In this document: positions 25,201 through 35,779 of the stretch, one piece after another | Layout: the number at the start of each line of letters is the position of its first letter | Position numbering within the stretch: the first letter of the stretch is position 1 | Assembly: GCA_023205875.1 (NCBI GenBank) | Contig: CP060769.1 | Coordinates: 310,001 to 374,000 of the forward strand | Reading direction: 5' to 3' | DNA length: 64,000 nt | Source of the DNA: Chloropicon primus | Taxonomy: Eukaryota | Position numbers and translations under genes: made by a program | Notes under the pieces: generated by a model | Seen by the model: the letters and a program-made list of their open reading frames with translations, nothing else | Told to the model about the DNA's origin: nothing | The model's database searches: none

Positions 25201-28200
25201 CCTGCTTCTCCCCGATCTGCCGGATCAACCACTCGGCCGAGCTCGAGCCCCCAGCGTTGTCCTTGTTCTGGAAGAACTTGTTCCTCCAGTTCATGATCGT
25301 TTGGAACTCCCCGAAGATCGAGTCAAGCAACTCGTTCAGCGTCCGCTTCGCCGTCTTCTCGTTGCCAACGCTGATCGCGAGGTCCGCCATCTCTTGGAGG
25401 GCTTCCATCATGAGATCAATTTCGTCCATCTGCCTGAGCAACGGAATGCACGAGGAGTACTCCTTGATGGCTTTGCTCATGTTGGTGCTCACGTCCGCTT
25501 CCTCGTACGTCAGCATCAAGTTTCCCCTGAAGGCCAGGTCCCTGCAAGATTCCAGGCTGTTGAAACAAACGCTCGAAGTCTTTTCCATCTTGTACAACTT
25601 CTCGTTGTAGTCCGGGGTGCCCGGGATGAGCTCGCCGTGGTTGGAGATGATGGACACGAGGTGCTGCAGGACAGACTTGAGAGAGTACGCCGATATCCTC
25701 TTTTCCCTGTCGTCGCTGATGTACTCTGCACCCAAGCGCAGCACGTCCTTTGTCCGCGACGTGCCCTGAGAGCGCAGCAAGGCAACAAAAGCGGCATCCT
25801 GCATTTTGGCCAGCCATTCGAGGTCTTGAGGGTTGTTTGGCCCCTCGAAAGACGCAGCGACGTTTCTCTGGTGCTGGAAGTAGACGTTGTCGGTGCCGTG
25901 CGCCTCCTGACCCCTGAAGTACTCGCTGCCTTGGACGTTGAAGTCAAACACAAAGTCCATCAGCCTGTTGCAAATGACCAGCAGGTCATCCTTCAGGCCA
26001 TCTGGCAGGGAGTCCACCTGGTCGAACAAGTTGAACTTGCAACAGCAGTTCCACGCCTGGACACAGGCTGCCCTGAACAAGTTCCTGAGGTTGAAACGAG
26101 AGGTCATCTCGACGGCGATGCAGCTCAAGTGCAGCACCTCCATGACTTTCTTGTGGTTGTTCCCGTTCTTTTCCTCCGCCTCCGCAGCTTGGTCAGCAAT
26201 GTTCTTGTCGTGGGTGTACTCCGAGGCTTCGCTCACGAGCAAGACCACCCTCGAGTACAGCTGGCACTGGCTGAGGAAGTCGCTGCGGGCCTTTCTGAGC
26301 TCGCTCCTGCGGCGCAAGACCCTCATCAGCATGGAGGAAATCCGCTTCTCTCCTTGGGCCCTCGCCTTCTCTTCTGGGCCGGGCTTGTCGCCCTCTCCCT
26401 CCCCCTCTGCAGCAACTTCGTCCCCGCCCTTCTCCGCTTCGTTGTCCGAAAGCCTGGTGTAGTGACCCTCGAGCATCGTCTTTGCCTTCTGCTCAAGGGC
26501 TTCCACGATCTGTGGCGCGCTCTCTGCAACCTTGGAAGCCAGAGGGAACTTTGTTCCGTTCCTGTCCTTGAGAAGGATGCTGAGAACGTAAATCATGACG
26601 TGCAAGGTCTCGTCCGAGTTCTCGGAAGAGCCTCCTTCGATGGCCGAAGAGATCAAATCTGGGATGCCGTCCGGACCCTTCTCCTTCTTCTCGTGCAAGA
26701 CTTGCTTCGCCAGGGACACGATCGGGATGGGGATCTCATCTGAGATCGAGCCATTCACGAAATCGCCGACTCCCTTGAGTTGCAGGACATTCAAGGCCTT
26801 CTTTGCACCGTACACCTGGTAGTCCGCGTGCTCCAAGTTCTTGCAGAGCATCTTGATGAGCTGAAGGGTGATGTCCATCAGTTGCGACCCTGCCTTGTGC
26901 TCTCCGCATTGCTTGTAAATCCTCTCCACTTCACACACAAGGAGCGCGGAGATGTAGGTGCAAACCTTCTGCGCCTCGTCGGTGTTCGTCACCTTGTTGC
27001 CATCATTGAAGTGGCTCGAGAGCAAGATGACAAGGCTGGACACCAGCTTGATCAGGTAAGGGCTCCTCGTCCTGCACCTTATCAGCCTGACCATGATGTT
27101 GTTCGTCCTGACCAACGACTCGAGGCACAACTCCCTGTCGTTGATGAGGCAGCCAAGCTCAAAGGCCATCAAGGCGTGCTTGGCCTGCATCATCGTCTTC
27201 ACCTGGATGTCCAGAAGGAGCTTGCTGCTCTTCTCCTCGCCGATAGGGTTGTGGTGGTGAAGCATGTCGCTTTCGCAAAACATCACCAAAGCAAGCGACC
27301 TCAGCATGGATTGCGCCATCAGGGGGACCTTCTTGTTGTTCATCTGCACGGTGTCCACGGGGTTCAGAATGAAGTCGGTCCCTGAGTCCCTCATGTCTGC
27401 CCTGAAAACCTCTTTCACGTGCTTGCAAGCAATCTTGAGCAGCTTGATCAAAGATGAAGAACCTTTCGCTGTGCTCACAACAGAAGAAAGGGATGGCAAC
27501 TTCCTGTGCATGGGCAAAGACAGGTCATTCGCGAGCCTCGCGCACGTGATCGCAGCGTAGCACCAGAGCAGCTCGGTCGACAAAGGGTTGCAGGCGCAGC
27601 TGGCTTGAGTGGGCATGCTAATCGCGACTTTCTTCCCCTCGCCGTCGTAGCAACTCGCAATGAAGACGTAGCTCTGGTTTGATTGGAGGCCCTTGACCCT
27701 GAAGGGCTCCCCTATCGGTATCAGCTCGTTCTCTTTCCGCCCCATGGCACGCACGCTGGTTCCAGAAGAAGCTTTTGCGTCAATGGAAAAGTACTTGATC
27801 GCCTTGAGCAGGTTTGGACCCTTGGCAGGCTTGGAGAAAGTCACCACCGCTTCCCTTGAGGTGATCATCACCAGCTCCGGGGGCGGAAGGACCAGCTCGT
27901 CCCCCTTTGCGAAAGCGGGGCCAGAGCTGCTGTCAGCTTGCTTTGCGTCCCCCTTGTTTCTGCCAGACAGGTCCTGCAAGTGCCTGAGCGACTCGAGCAT
28001 GAAGGCCGGGATCTTCGACCGGTCGCTGTGAACACACGCGTACTGCATGTAAAACAAGGAGAGCCAGTAGACGTTCTTGCTGCACGAGTTTGCAATCTTG
28101 TTCTCCATCATGCGAAGGTGGGTCACGGGTTGATTCTGCTTGTCGGTCTTGTCCCTGTACTGGGCCGCCGTGAGCTGGATCCTGAACTGCAAACTAATCG

Positions 28201-30331
28201 CATCCACCTGGAGGCACGCCACGACAGACTCGATGGGCTCGGGATCTGAATTGTCGATGGAGGAGATCATGGCCTCGCTCCGGAACACGTCAGCGGCCTC
28301 CACGCATGCCGTCAGCGCCTCTATGGCTTGCTCCCAGTCCCCAACGTCTGCCTCTGCATACCCATACGTCCCGGCATGCAGCAACCGCTCGGTGATGATG
28401 CCGAGCTGAATTGCCGTCCGAAGGCGCAGCGAGGTGTCATCGAAATCTGTCTCCCGGAAGGCCTTGTCCACGCAGAACAGCGCCTGTTTCGCGACCGAAA
28501 TGATCTCCACGTTGTACTCCTCGGAGTCATAGACGCTTTGCTGGGGCGACAGTGACTGCTGGGGCGACGTGGAAGAGGCCTTGAGGGAGGACTTGTGCCC
28601 CCTCCTCTTCTTCTGCTTGTACAGCTTGTAAGTGTTGGCAGCCATTCTGTCCACCTCCTTGCAGGCATCGCCGATGATGATCTGCGAGTACTTGCAGAGG
28701 AGGAGGCTCACGTCGATGGCGAGGTCAACATCCTCGTACTTGGAGTCCTGCTTGAGCGCCGAGCTGAGCTCCTTGATCGACTTGATCGACCCGTTCTCAG
28801 TCTCCACGGCTTTGCAGCACTTGATCACCATTGCTGTGGAGCGCGTGTTGCTCGCGAGGAGTCCGTCAAGAATCACCTTGGGGTTGATCTTCTTCTTCTT
28901 CTCCCCCTCCTCCTGGCCCTCCCCCTGGCCCTCCTTCTTCCCTTCCTCCTCTCCCTTCTCTTCCCTTTCGGTGCCCTCCATACCGAGGGGCGAGCCGAAG
29001 TCCACCGTCTGGCCATCCAGCGAAGCGGTGATGGCATTGATGTGGTCGCACACTTTGTCGAACTCTTCCCACTGCTCATAAAGGTAGAACGTCCTGGACA
29101 GCGAAACAAGCATGTCGGCCAAGGTAGCATGCCTGCTGAACTTGCGCGGATGAACTTCCTTGCCGTCCGCGGTGTATCCCTGAGAGAGCTCCAAGTCCAG
29201 GTTCGTGAAAATGTCACGGAACCTAAGGGTGTCGCTGGTGGTGACCTCCAGGTACGATTCAAACGTCTGCGACAGCTTGTCCAGCAGTTTCCTCTCCTTG
29301 GAGTCGTCTTGAGGCGTGTAATGATGCACCACGATTCTCTTGTTTGGCCTCTGCAGGGCCAAGAGAAGTGCCAGCATCCGGTCACCCACTTGGGGAAAGG
29401 TCTCCTCGAGCATGTCCAGCCCATCCCCGCCGCCGCTGGGCGACAACATTTCGTACTTTGGGAAGAAGAGTGACAGCCTGAAGTTCGCTCGGTCGATGAG
29501 CTTCACAAGCTCTGGCTCCATCTGGACGGTGTCCATGCTCGCCAACGTCTTCATTCTCTGCCCTTGGTCCCTCGCTTTGTTCAAGAAGATTTGTGCAAAC
29601 TTGATGTTCTTCTGGTTCTCCTCCTCGTTCTCGCTCGTCGTGTCACTGCATTCGGCGACCGCGATGCACAACTGAACGTACCATCCCACGTGCTTCGGTA
29701 TGTATAGAAGCTCGATGCAGTCCAAGCACTCCAACGCGAAGATCAAGTAGGGCCTCACGATATGACCCAAGCCCTTGGACGACCCTGCTCTTGCGATCTC
29801 GTACAACACGGTCGTGCCGTTGAAGACGGACCAAAGGTGGTCCTCGTTCTCGATGGATGAGGCCATGAACCGCTGCACGCAGTCCAATATGCTGGTCAGC
29901 AGCTCGACACTCTTGCCGCTCCTCAAGCCTCTCGTCTTCTCGACAAGGACCTCGCAGTCACACACAGCCTTGCGATAGAAAGCAGTCGCGGTGATGTGGA
30001 ACGGAAGCTGCTGCTGGTTCCCGGAAGAAGCGTCGAGTATCGTGTCATAGCACTCTTGCGTGCTCAAGGTAAACAGCTGAGCGTGGTCAATCTTTTTGCC
30101 AAACTCCAAAAGCTTGTGACTCAGGACATCCAGTGGAACCTTGGCCTTGTAGTAGTCAAAGACTTCTTTCAACTTCTTCTCGCACTGGTACTTGTGGTCC
30201 TTGTCCGTCGTCTCGTTCTTCGCAGAGCCCGCGGTCGCTTTCGACTGCTCCTTCAGCTTCCTGGCAAGCACGCGGAGAGCCTTGTTGACCTCGCTCTCGA
30301 ACGAGGAGATCGTCGTCGAAAGGTCCACCAT
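22205..30331 (-). CDS. CFAP54: Cilia- and flagella-associated protein 54-like (central pair C1d), apparently intronless, about 2700 aa
   Basis: WSVFNGTTVLYEIAR...YLIFALECLD..LLY....WYVQLCIAVAEC (CFAP54 N-domain pattern); FN3-like VKGLQSNQSYVFIASCYDGEGK; helical-repeat C-half. Confidence 0.75.
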   Translation of the reverse strand: MVDLSTTISSFESEVNKALRVLARKLKEQSKATAGSAKNETTDKDHKYQCEKKLKEVFDYYKAKVPLDVLSHKLLEFGKKIDHAQLFTLSTQECYDTILDASSGNQQQLPFHITATAFYRKAVCDCEVLVEKTRGLRSGKSVELLTSILDCVQRFMASSIENEDHLWSVFNGTTVLYEIARAGSSKGLGHIVRPYLIFALECLDCIELLYIPKHVGWYVQLCIAVAECSDTTSENEEENQKNIKFAQIFLNKARDQGQRMKTLASMDTVQMEPELVKLIDRANFRLSLFFPKYEMLSPSGGGDGLDMLEETFPQVGDRMLALLLALQRPNKRIVVHHYTPQDDSKERKLLDKLSQTFESYLEVTTSDTLRFRDIFTNLDLELSQGYTADGKEVHPRKFSRHATLADMLVSLSRTFYLYEQWEEFDKVCDHINAITASLDGQTVDFGSPLGMEGTEREEKGEEEGKKEGQGEGQEEGEKKKKINPKVILDGLLASNTRSTAMVIKCCKAVETENGSIKSIKELSSALKQDSKYEDVDLAIDVSLLLCKYSQIIIGDACKEVDRMAANTYKLYKQKKRRGHKSSLKASSTSPQQSLSPQQSVYDSEEYNVEIISVAKQALFCVDKAFRETDFDDTSLRLRTAIQLGIITERLLHAGTYGYAEADVGDWEQAIEALTACVEAADVFRSEAMISSIDNSDPEPIESVVACLQVDAISLQFRIQLTAAQYRDKTDKQNQPVTHLRMMENKIANSCSKNVYWLSLFYMQYACVHSDRSKIPAFMLESLRHLQDLSGRNKGDAKQADSSSGPAFAKGDELVLPPPELVMITSREAVVTFSKPAKGPNLLKAIKYFSIDAKASSGTSVRAMGRKENELIPIGEPFRVKGLQSNQSYVFIASCYDGEGKKVAISMPTQASCACNPLSTELLWCYAAITCARLANDLSLPMHRKLPSLSSVVSTAKGSSSLIKLLKIACKHVKEVFRADMRDSGTDFILNPVDTVQMNNKKVPLMAQSMLRSLALVMFCESDMLHHHNPIGEEKSSKLLLDIQVKTMMQAKHALMAFELGCLINDRELCLESLVRTNNIMVRLIRCRTRSPYLIKLVSSLVILLSSHFNDGNKVTNTDEAQKVCTYISALLVCEVERIYKQCGEHKAGSQLMDITLQLIKMLCKNLEHADYQVYGAKKALNVLQLKGVGDFVNGSISDEIPIPIVSLAKQVLHEKKEKGPDGIPDLISSAIEGGSSENSDETLHVMIYVLSILLKDRNGTKFPLASKVAESAPQIVEALEQKAKTMLEGHYTRLSDNEAEKGGDEVAAEGEGEGDKPGPEEKARAQGEKRISSMLMRVLRRRSELRKARSDFLSQCQLYSRVVLLVSEASEYTHDKNIADQAAEAEEKNGNNHKKVMEVLHLSCIAVEMTSRFNLRNLFRAACVQAWNCCCKFNLFDQVDSLPDGLKDDLLVICNRLMDFVFDFNVQGSEYFRGQEAHGTDNVYFQHQRNVAASFEGPNNPQDLEWLAKMQDAAFVALLRSQGTSRTKDVLRLGAEYISDDREKRISAYSLKSVLQHLVSIISNHGELIPGTPDYNEKLYKMEKTSSVCFNSLESCRDLAFRGNLMLTYEEADVSTNMSKAIKEYSSCIPLLRQMDEIDLMMEALQEMADLAISVGNEKTAKRTLNELLDSIFGEFQTIMNWRNKFFQNKDNAGGSSSAEWLIRQIGEKQGILAISVLGKLLNLSNKNDIYITGECAMLAALVSRAILASTLRHPSYLCNFARYTAPRKLSEKIDLIHMPRFASIVDLLLGLESIASTLLNRKAFLEALPVLVLADHCIIQYSMSEQAKVKRSEKDDAAPAEEGEEVEEGEEAQGKPDEPQNRPLIWREGMIMHFRAQRVRACIELGFFNAAHALLFPILKASESLESLDLLTEEWLFSDHNNLGLSDGGQFNPCKAVAAKENAKALQDIASIKIGSAFRERFGIAAEMEIAACQSLFLINIASCINFPIGENSTPDTTYVLDETCSMPKLMEAAQNVIESILNEDSTQTEPSKRIFDTEGRLVLKCQMLLQYANMKRALCESKVAIELVKKAGSTLQSIKDAAASPPKDPGYESRLGWLPMKNDLTMEIWLESMVILMQCYADLGNLDEALSLCQVLSMEAFNMKAYNVLVHMEHIKASLNLGKGDSEATIQGYKTAIMLVEKNKGCITPEQHAVLISDYAVALEALEGDLRGAREQLGWAAKVFESQSNAQGFSIGLQHKDRTNLFCRSTPLYLNAMMNLGRIDVLLAQSGTVDSKLYAKQALETFGECHNKARYCALDAHIQASMHTYTGCASAILNDFQIALSYFERAFSWFTTGDFSDPGLLRILMLQSAQATYDHFHDEENFFALLQYATKVSKVFAASRAPEHYGVHISDKGELPKAINMHMDRYGMDSEHLSEVNKDKRAAAMYASRVLQAAMFSVPSMLPMSFTVVKRWNVLGSIVATDGLNMSGGQFDLSNDKEVATVRSLILGGSQAQSAEAPDIPTPKPGSICLQYFGINASSVQSPEQQESSKGRPRNLLLFYAVLPSPDEPEAAEASSAEGGDGQHKPGWRCGYGHVDWHKLRALKDVLVSEGGGLDEEEEEAQEAVLQRLQRVLQAFAKVLLYVGSDKEPDKSEPSQRKVISELSRVDAQEGLGKPQVVSIFNQLKAMLDASVGVDIVHSWLAGWLCRVLEATENRLGRRLSS

Positions 30332-31719
30332 AATATGGCGTGGTGGAGGCACTACTGAGAGCTTCCTCGCTACAACTGGAGTGTGTCTTCCCTCAACTAG
30401 TTTGAGAGCCTGTGTTCTGTCTGCGTCTAGTCTGTCCCCTGACTGCTAACATACAAGGTCTTCTGCGTCTTCGCCGGCTGATCGTGTTCGTGCAAGGGTC
30501 CGAGGGACGAACCTGACACCGACTCTGCCGTCCTTTGCCCCCTCTGCTCCACCGCTTGTCCTCCTGCTGTTCCTGTTGAGCGAGAGGCAAAAACCAAACA
30601 CCTTCGAGCGTATCAGTATCAACCAGAGGGTCCCCCTTCGCGAGGGAGGGGTCAGGAGAAAGCCGAGGAGGCGAGAATTTCATTCACAGCACGCTCAATT
30701 CCGCCACACCTCGCCCACCTCTGTCAATACGTCTCCAACTCACCTCCTTTCTCCTTTCAACTTCCTTCACTGATGAGACGAACAAACTCAACTTTTTCAG
30801 TCTCAAGGTCGCCAAACTTTACAATGGAGGGGTCGAAACGAAAGATCAGGAGACGAGGAACCAGGTCCTGCCCTTCTCGATCCCAACCCACGCCCTCCTC
30901 GCCGTCAAACGCGGGCCAAACTCACCTCACTCCTCGATCCCTCCAGCGCCCTTGGGGGGGGGTGAGGACTCCATCCCATTCCATTGGAAAGAGAAATGAA
31001 ATTCAAAAGTGGAGGATTTCACCTTTGGAAAAGTCGCGACGCGAGCCGAGTCGCTGACCTCTAAGACGCCCCCACTACAAGTCAAAACCCTTGGAAATTT
31101 TTCGGCCGGCCAAATGTTTCAAATTTGAATTTTGGCCGAAATTTTCGGCCACCCCGGTGTTTGACCGTTGTTCTCCGAGAGAGCAGAGCGAGGAGAGAGA
31201 GGAGCGCGGTCCATCCGGGAACACACAAGGGAGCATAATTGTCCCTCATCAGGCTTGCTTCACCCCACCCCGCCGCCCTTGGATTGCATTGGATTGGATT
31301 CTCGCACCCAACCCAACCCGACCCTTCTGCTTCAGGTCCACACAAGAGTCACTTGGTGGTGGTGAGTCGTGTAGCGGAGAGAGTCACTTGGTGGTGGAGA
31401 GTGTTGTTGTGCAACCCAGGAGGCCTAAGTGTGTTTGGTAACACGGTTGGTGACTCCCTGTGCGTGTCATACTCACGAGGGCTTTGCCAACAGACAGGAG
31501 GAGACAGCAGACGAGTGAGTTGTGTATCCTCTTGGTTGGAGTGTTTGGGGGAGAGGAAGAGGTATACGACAGGTGACCCTGTGTCTTGTTGGTTGGAGTA
31601 CTAGCATAGAAGTCTCTTCCCAGCAACTTCTTCCCAGTGCCTAGGAGACAGAGAACAACACACAGACAGGGAGAGAGAGAGAGAGGAGGAGGTGTAGGAA
31701 GGAAGGAAGGAAACCCAGG

Positions 31720-31763
<44 letters not shown>

Positions 31764-31785
31764 GAAAGAGTTCCAAGGTGCAAAC

Positions 31786-32913
31786 ATGTTGGGCCAAAAG
31801 AGCGCAGTGAACAGTCCCCGGCCCAAGCTGAAGGGTAGCAGGTCGACTCAGAGCGTTGGAGGTGCCTCCACGGTGTCCATGTCGACGGAGTCTGGCATGC
31901 TGCTGAGGTTGATTGATGCCCAGCGTGCGAGGAAGATAGCCGAGGAGGACAAGAAGAGGCTGAACAACAGAGTGAAGCAGCTGCTCAAGGAGGAGGAGAA
32001 AGCGAAGAAGAGGATCTCCGAAACGAAGAAGAGAGCGGAAGAGATCTTGTCCTTGAAGAAGAGGAATGAGATCCGTGTGCAGGAGAAGGAGGCCCAGAGG
32101 CAGGAGATGGAAGACCATATCGTTGTGCTGAACAAGAACAAGACCAAGCTCAAAGCGAGCCATGCCAAGAGGAAAGAGAAGGCCCAGCAGGACCTGGTGA
32201 GGGTGAAGAAGCAGCTGTCTCAAGAAACGAGGGAGGAGTCCATGCAGCATGAGAGGGCGCTTCACCAGCAGAGGAAGCTCGCCCAGAGGAGGGCCTTGGA
32301 GACGAGAGAGAGCATACGCAAGTCGAAATCGGAAGCGGCCGCAAAGCTAGCGAAGGCCAAGGTGAAGCACATGAGCAACGTCAAGGAGGATTACATGAGT
32401 AGGTTGGACAACGAGCTGTCTCACCTTCGGGACACCGAGCAAGAGCTGAACGACATGACAATGCTGGAGATGGAGCTTATTCAGAGGCTGCAAGAGAAGC
32501 AGAGGGAGCAGGAGACTGCGTACACCAAACTTGAGCAGGTGCTCGGCATCGCGCAGGGAGGGCAAGGACCAGGAAAGTCACCGAAGAAGAAAGGACCTTC
32601 GGCGAGTTCTTCGCCCATGAGGCTGAAAAGACCGAACACGACGGGGACGCCGCCACAGACCACGCCACAGCAGCAGCAGCAGCAGCAGGGCAGTGGCTAC
32701 GAGGAGCCCACGGATGACGAGATCAGCGCCAAGTTTGGCCTGCTGGACAAGGCGGGCACTGGATTCATCTCCACGGCTGATCTTGGAAAGCTTTTGGTGT
32801 CCTTGGGTCTCAACCTGAACGAGAACCAGGTGGACCAGGCGAGAGGCCAGCTCGACCAAGGGCAAACGGGGCAGATATCGTTCGGAGAGTTCTTCCTGTG
32901 GTGGAAGGGGTGA
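31786..32913 (+). CDS. Coiled-coil protein with C-terminal EF-hand pair
   Basis: Long K/E/R heptad region; loops DKAGTGFISTADL and DQGQTGQISFGEF. Confidence 0.8.
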   Translation: MLGQKSAVNSPRPKLKGSRSTQSVGGASTVSMSTESGMLLRLIDAQRARKIAEEDKKRLNNRVKQLLKEEEKAKKRISETKKRAEEILSLKKRNEIRVQEKEAQRQEMEDHIVVLNKNKTKLKASHAKRKEKAQQDLVRVKKQLSQETREESMQHERALHQQRKLAQRRALETRESIRKSKSEAAAKLAKAKVKHMSNVKEDYMSRLDNELSHLRDTEQELNDMTMLEMELIQRLQEKQREQETAYTKLEQVLGIAQGGQGPGKSPKKKGPSASSSPMRLKRPNTTGTPPQTTPQQQQQQQGSGYEEPTDDEISAKFGLLDKAGTGFISTADLGKLLVSLGLNLNENQVDQARGQLDQGQTGQISFGEFFLWWKG

Positions 32914-33142
32914 GTGGGGACGCGCTTCGAGAGCAAGGTTGGGTCACTCCAAGACGCCCCACACAAAGAAACACGTTAATATATAAAAGACAGATCGCCA
33001 CAAGATAGAAGATACAGCAACAACAACGGGCCGAAAGTCGACGCAGCGGAGCGAAGCACTCGCGCCGCGCCCGGGGCTGCCGCCCAATTGTAATATAATG
33101 ACACGCCTTTTGAGACAAAGCACGGACGACACGGGGCTTTCC

Positions 33143-33364
33143 TCACTTGTTCCCCACGGAGACGGCGAAGAGGCCAAAGTGCGCGCTCGCGAGGATGGTG
33201 CCCCCCAGGAGGCAGGCGACCGGCATTTGGGCCTTGGGATAGTTTCGCACGACCAAGGCGCTCGCAGGGAACAGAGGGGCGAGCAAGAGTGGGGCCATCC
33301 GGGTGTAATCGATCTCCCTCTTGGACCTCTTCCCCTCCGGAGGAGTCCCCTCGCTCGCACCCAT
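33143..33364 (-). CDS. Small putative membrane protein (73 aa)
   Basis: Charged N-terminus then two hydrophobic segments; convergent with the EF-hand gene; recurring upstream motif at 33620 in matching orientation. Confidence 0.45.
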   Translation of the reverse strand: MGASEGTPPEGKRSKREIDYTRMAPLLLAPLFPASALVVRNYPKAQMPVACLLGGTILASAHFGLFAVSVGNK

Positions 33365-34223
33365 CACACAAAACGAATCCAACCCAAGGAGGAGGAGAAC
33401 GAAAGGAAGGAAACCTTTGTGCTCACGACGACGATGAAGTCGCGACCTCTTGCTTCTCGATCCCCGTCGCCTTCGATCGCGATCGATCCGAGCTATCGAA
33501 CCCTCTGTTCTCTCTGTTCTCTCTGTGCTCTCTGTGGCTCTGATGGATCGATTGATGTCGATGTCGATGCCTTCTCTCCCTCGTTCTGACGATCGTGTGG
33601 CGCCAACTTGGTCAAGATCGGTACCAATCGAAAGCTCGCGACACGACGCACCCCTTGGTCGCGCCCTCCTCCTCCCTCTCCGCTCCGATCGCGCCGCGTC
33701 CGCTCGTTCTCTCCCTCCTCTGTGCTCTGTGCTCCGATCGATCGCGATCGCGCCAAAACCTAAACCTAAAGGGGCGAAGCGATCACAACGCGGAACGAGT
33801 GGGCGATCAAAGAGGTGAGCAGACGATCGAACGAGGACGAAGACGAAGACGACGGCGACGGCGACGGAGGGAAGGCGGAGGCTTCGCTTCGCGATCGCTT
33901 CGCTTCGTGCCGACGATCGCTTTGGCTTTCTTTCCGCACGAACGGAGCCAAAACGAAGAGAGAGAGAATGTGATCTACGCTCGAGTGCTTGGCCATGCCA
34001 TGGAAGGCGGGTTTGCGGAGGAGAGGCAGGGAAGGTCCTCGCGCGTGGGCGTGGTCCTTGACGCTGTGGTGCGATCGCGGTAACCGAGGCGTGGCGTTAC
34101 GTTCTGACTCTCTCTCTCTCCTGGGCGTTTTTGATCTTCTTTGTTGTTTTCTTTTTCATTTAGGTCAGCGTGAGAGAGAGAGAGAAAAGTAGCGAAGAGC
34201 GAGAGAGAGAGAGAGAGAGAAGG

Positions 34224-35519
34224 ATGGCGGAAGAGGAAGAGCTTGTTGACTACGAGGAGGAGGAGGAGTTGGCCCAGGAGAAGGGAAAGACGGAGGAAGC
34301 GTCGGGGGACAAGAAGGAAGCTGGTGGGAAGAAGGGTTTCGTGACCATACACTCGACTGGGTTCAAGGACTTTTTGCTCAAGCCTGAGCTGCTGAGAGCG
34401 ATTGTGGACTGTGGTTTCGAGCATCCATCGGAGGTGCAGCACGAGTGCATCCCTCAGTCGATCTTGGGAGAGGACGTGTTGTGCCAGGCCAAGAGTGGTA
34501 TGGGAAAGACGGCCGTATTCGTCCTGGCGGTCTTGCAGCAGCTCGAGCCAAAGGAGGGCGAGATTCAGGCTTTGGTGATGTGCCACACGAGAGAGCTTGC
34601 TTTCCAGATCACCCACGAGTTCGAGAGATTCTCGGCTTACTTGCCTGACATCAAGGTCAGCACCATCTTCGGTGGAGTCAGCATCAAGGCGCAGAAGGAG
34701 GACCTGAAGACGAGCCCGCCAAACATCGTGATCGGAACCCCAGGAAGGGTGAAGACTTTGGGAAAGGATGGCGACCTGAAGCTCGACCACGTCAGGCACT
34801 TCGTTCTTGACGAGTGCGACAAGATGCTCGAGCAGCTCGACATGAGGTCCGACGTCCAGGAGATCTTCAAGCTCACCCCTCACGACAAGCAGGTCATGAT
34901 GTTCAGCGCAACCCTGTCCAAGGACATCAGGACTGTCTGCAAGAAGTTCATGAGCGACCCAATGGAAGTCTACGTGGACGACGAGGCCAAGCTCACCCTG
35001 CACGGTCTGGTGCAGCACTACGTGAACATGGAGGAGAGCGAGAAGAACAGAAAGCTTAACGACTTGCTTGACGCGTTGGACTTCAACCAGGTGGTGATCT
35101 TCGTCAAGAGCATTGATCGGGCGATTGCCCTCGACAAACTCTTGCGGGACTGCAGCTTCCCTTCGATTTGCATCCACGGAAGGATGAAGCAGGAGGAGAG
35201 GCTGAACAGGTACAAGGCTTTCAAGGAGGGCCAGAAGAGGATTATGGTCGCCACCGATCTCATCCACAGAGGTATCGACGTCGAGAGAGTGAACATTGTG
35301 ATCAACTACGACATGCCTCAGGATAGCGAGCAGGCCCACGGGGCTGACACTTACTTGCATAGAGTCGGAAGGGCCGGAAGGTTCGGAACCAAGGGTCTTG
35401 CCATCACCTTCGTAGCCAGCGAGGCGGACAGCACCGTCTTGAACAGCGTCCAGGAGAGGTTTGACGTTGACATCAAGGAGCTCCCTGACCAGATCGACGC
35501 CTCGTCTTATATGAGTTAA
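34224..35519 (+). CDS. UAP56: DECD-box RNA helicase UAP56/SUB2
   Basis: [40 protein letters not shown]. Confidence 0.97.
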   Translation: MAEEEELVDYEEEEELAQEKGKTEEASGDKKEAGGKKGFVTIHSTGFKDFLLKPELLRAIVDCGFEHPSEVQHECIPQSILGEDVLCQAKSGMGKTAVFVLAVLQQLEPKEGEIQALVMCHTRELAFQITHEFERFSAYLPDIKVSTIFGGVSIKAQKEDLKTSPPNIVIGTPGRVKTLGKDGDLKLDHVRHFVLDECDKMLEQLDMRSDVQEIFKLTPHDKQVMMFSATLSKDIRTVCKKFMSDPMEVYVDDEAKLTLHGLVQHYVNMEESEKNRKLNDLLDALDFNQVVIFVKSIDRAIALDKLLRDCSFPSICIHGRMKQEERLNRYKAFKEGQKRIMVATDLIHRGIDVERVNIVINYDMPQDSEQAHGADTYLHRVGRAGRFGTKGLAITFVASEADSTVLNSVQERFDVDIKELPDQIDASSYMS

Positions 35520-35779
35520 TTAAACCCGAGCGAATAAACTTGCAATGTCGGACTCTTCTTGGCTTTTTCTTTCCAAAAAATGCGCGCAGCCAAAAAGCTG
35601 CCACACGTTGTCTAGTCTATGACAACTCTTACTTTATACTTATGCTGTTGCTGTGTGTTGGCGCCCTCCCCTTCCATACAAAAGTCACGGACTCGCTTAG
35701 ACCCCCCGCCACGCGAATGAACCGCCCGTCCACACAAGCTGTGCCAGCTTCCCCCCGACTATCCCCCCCACTGCTACGC

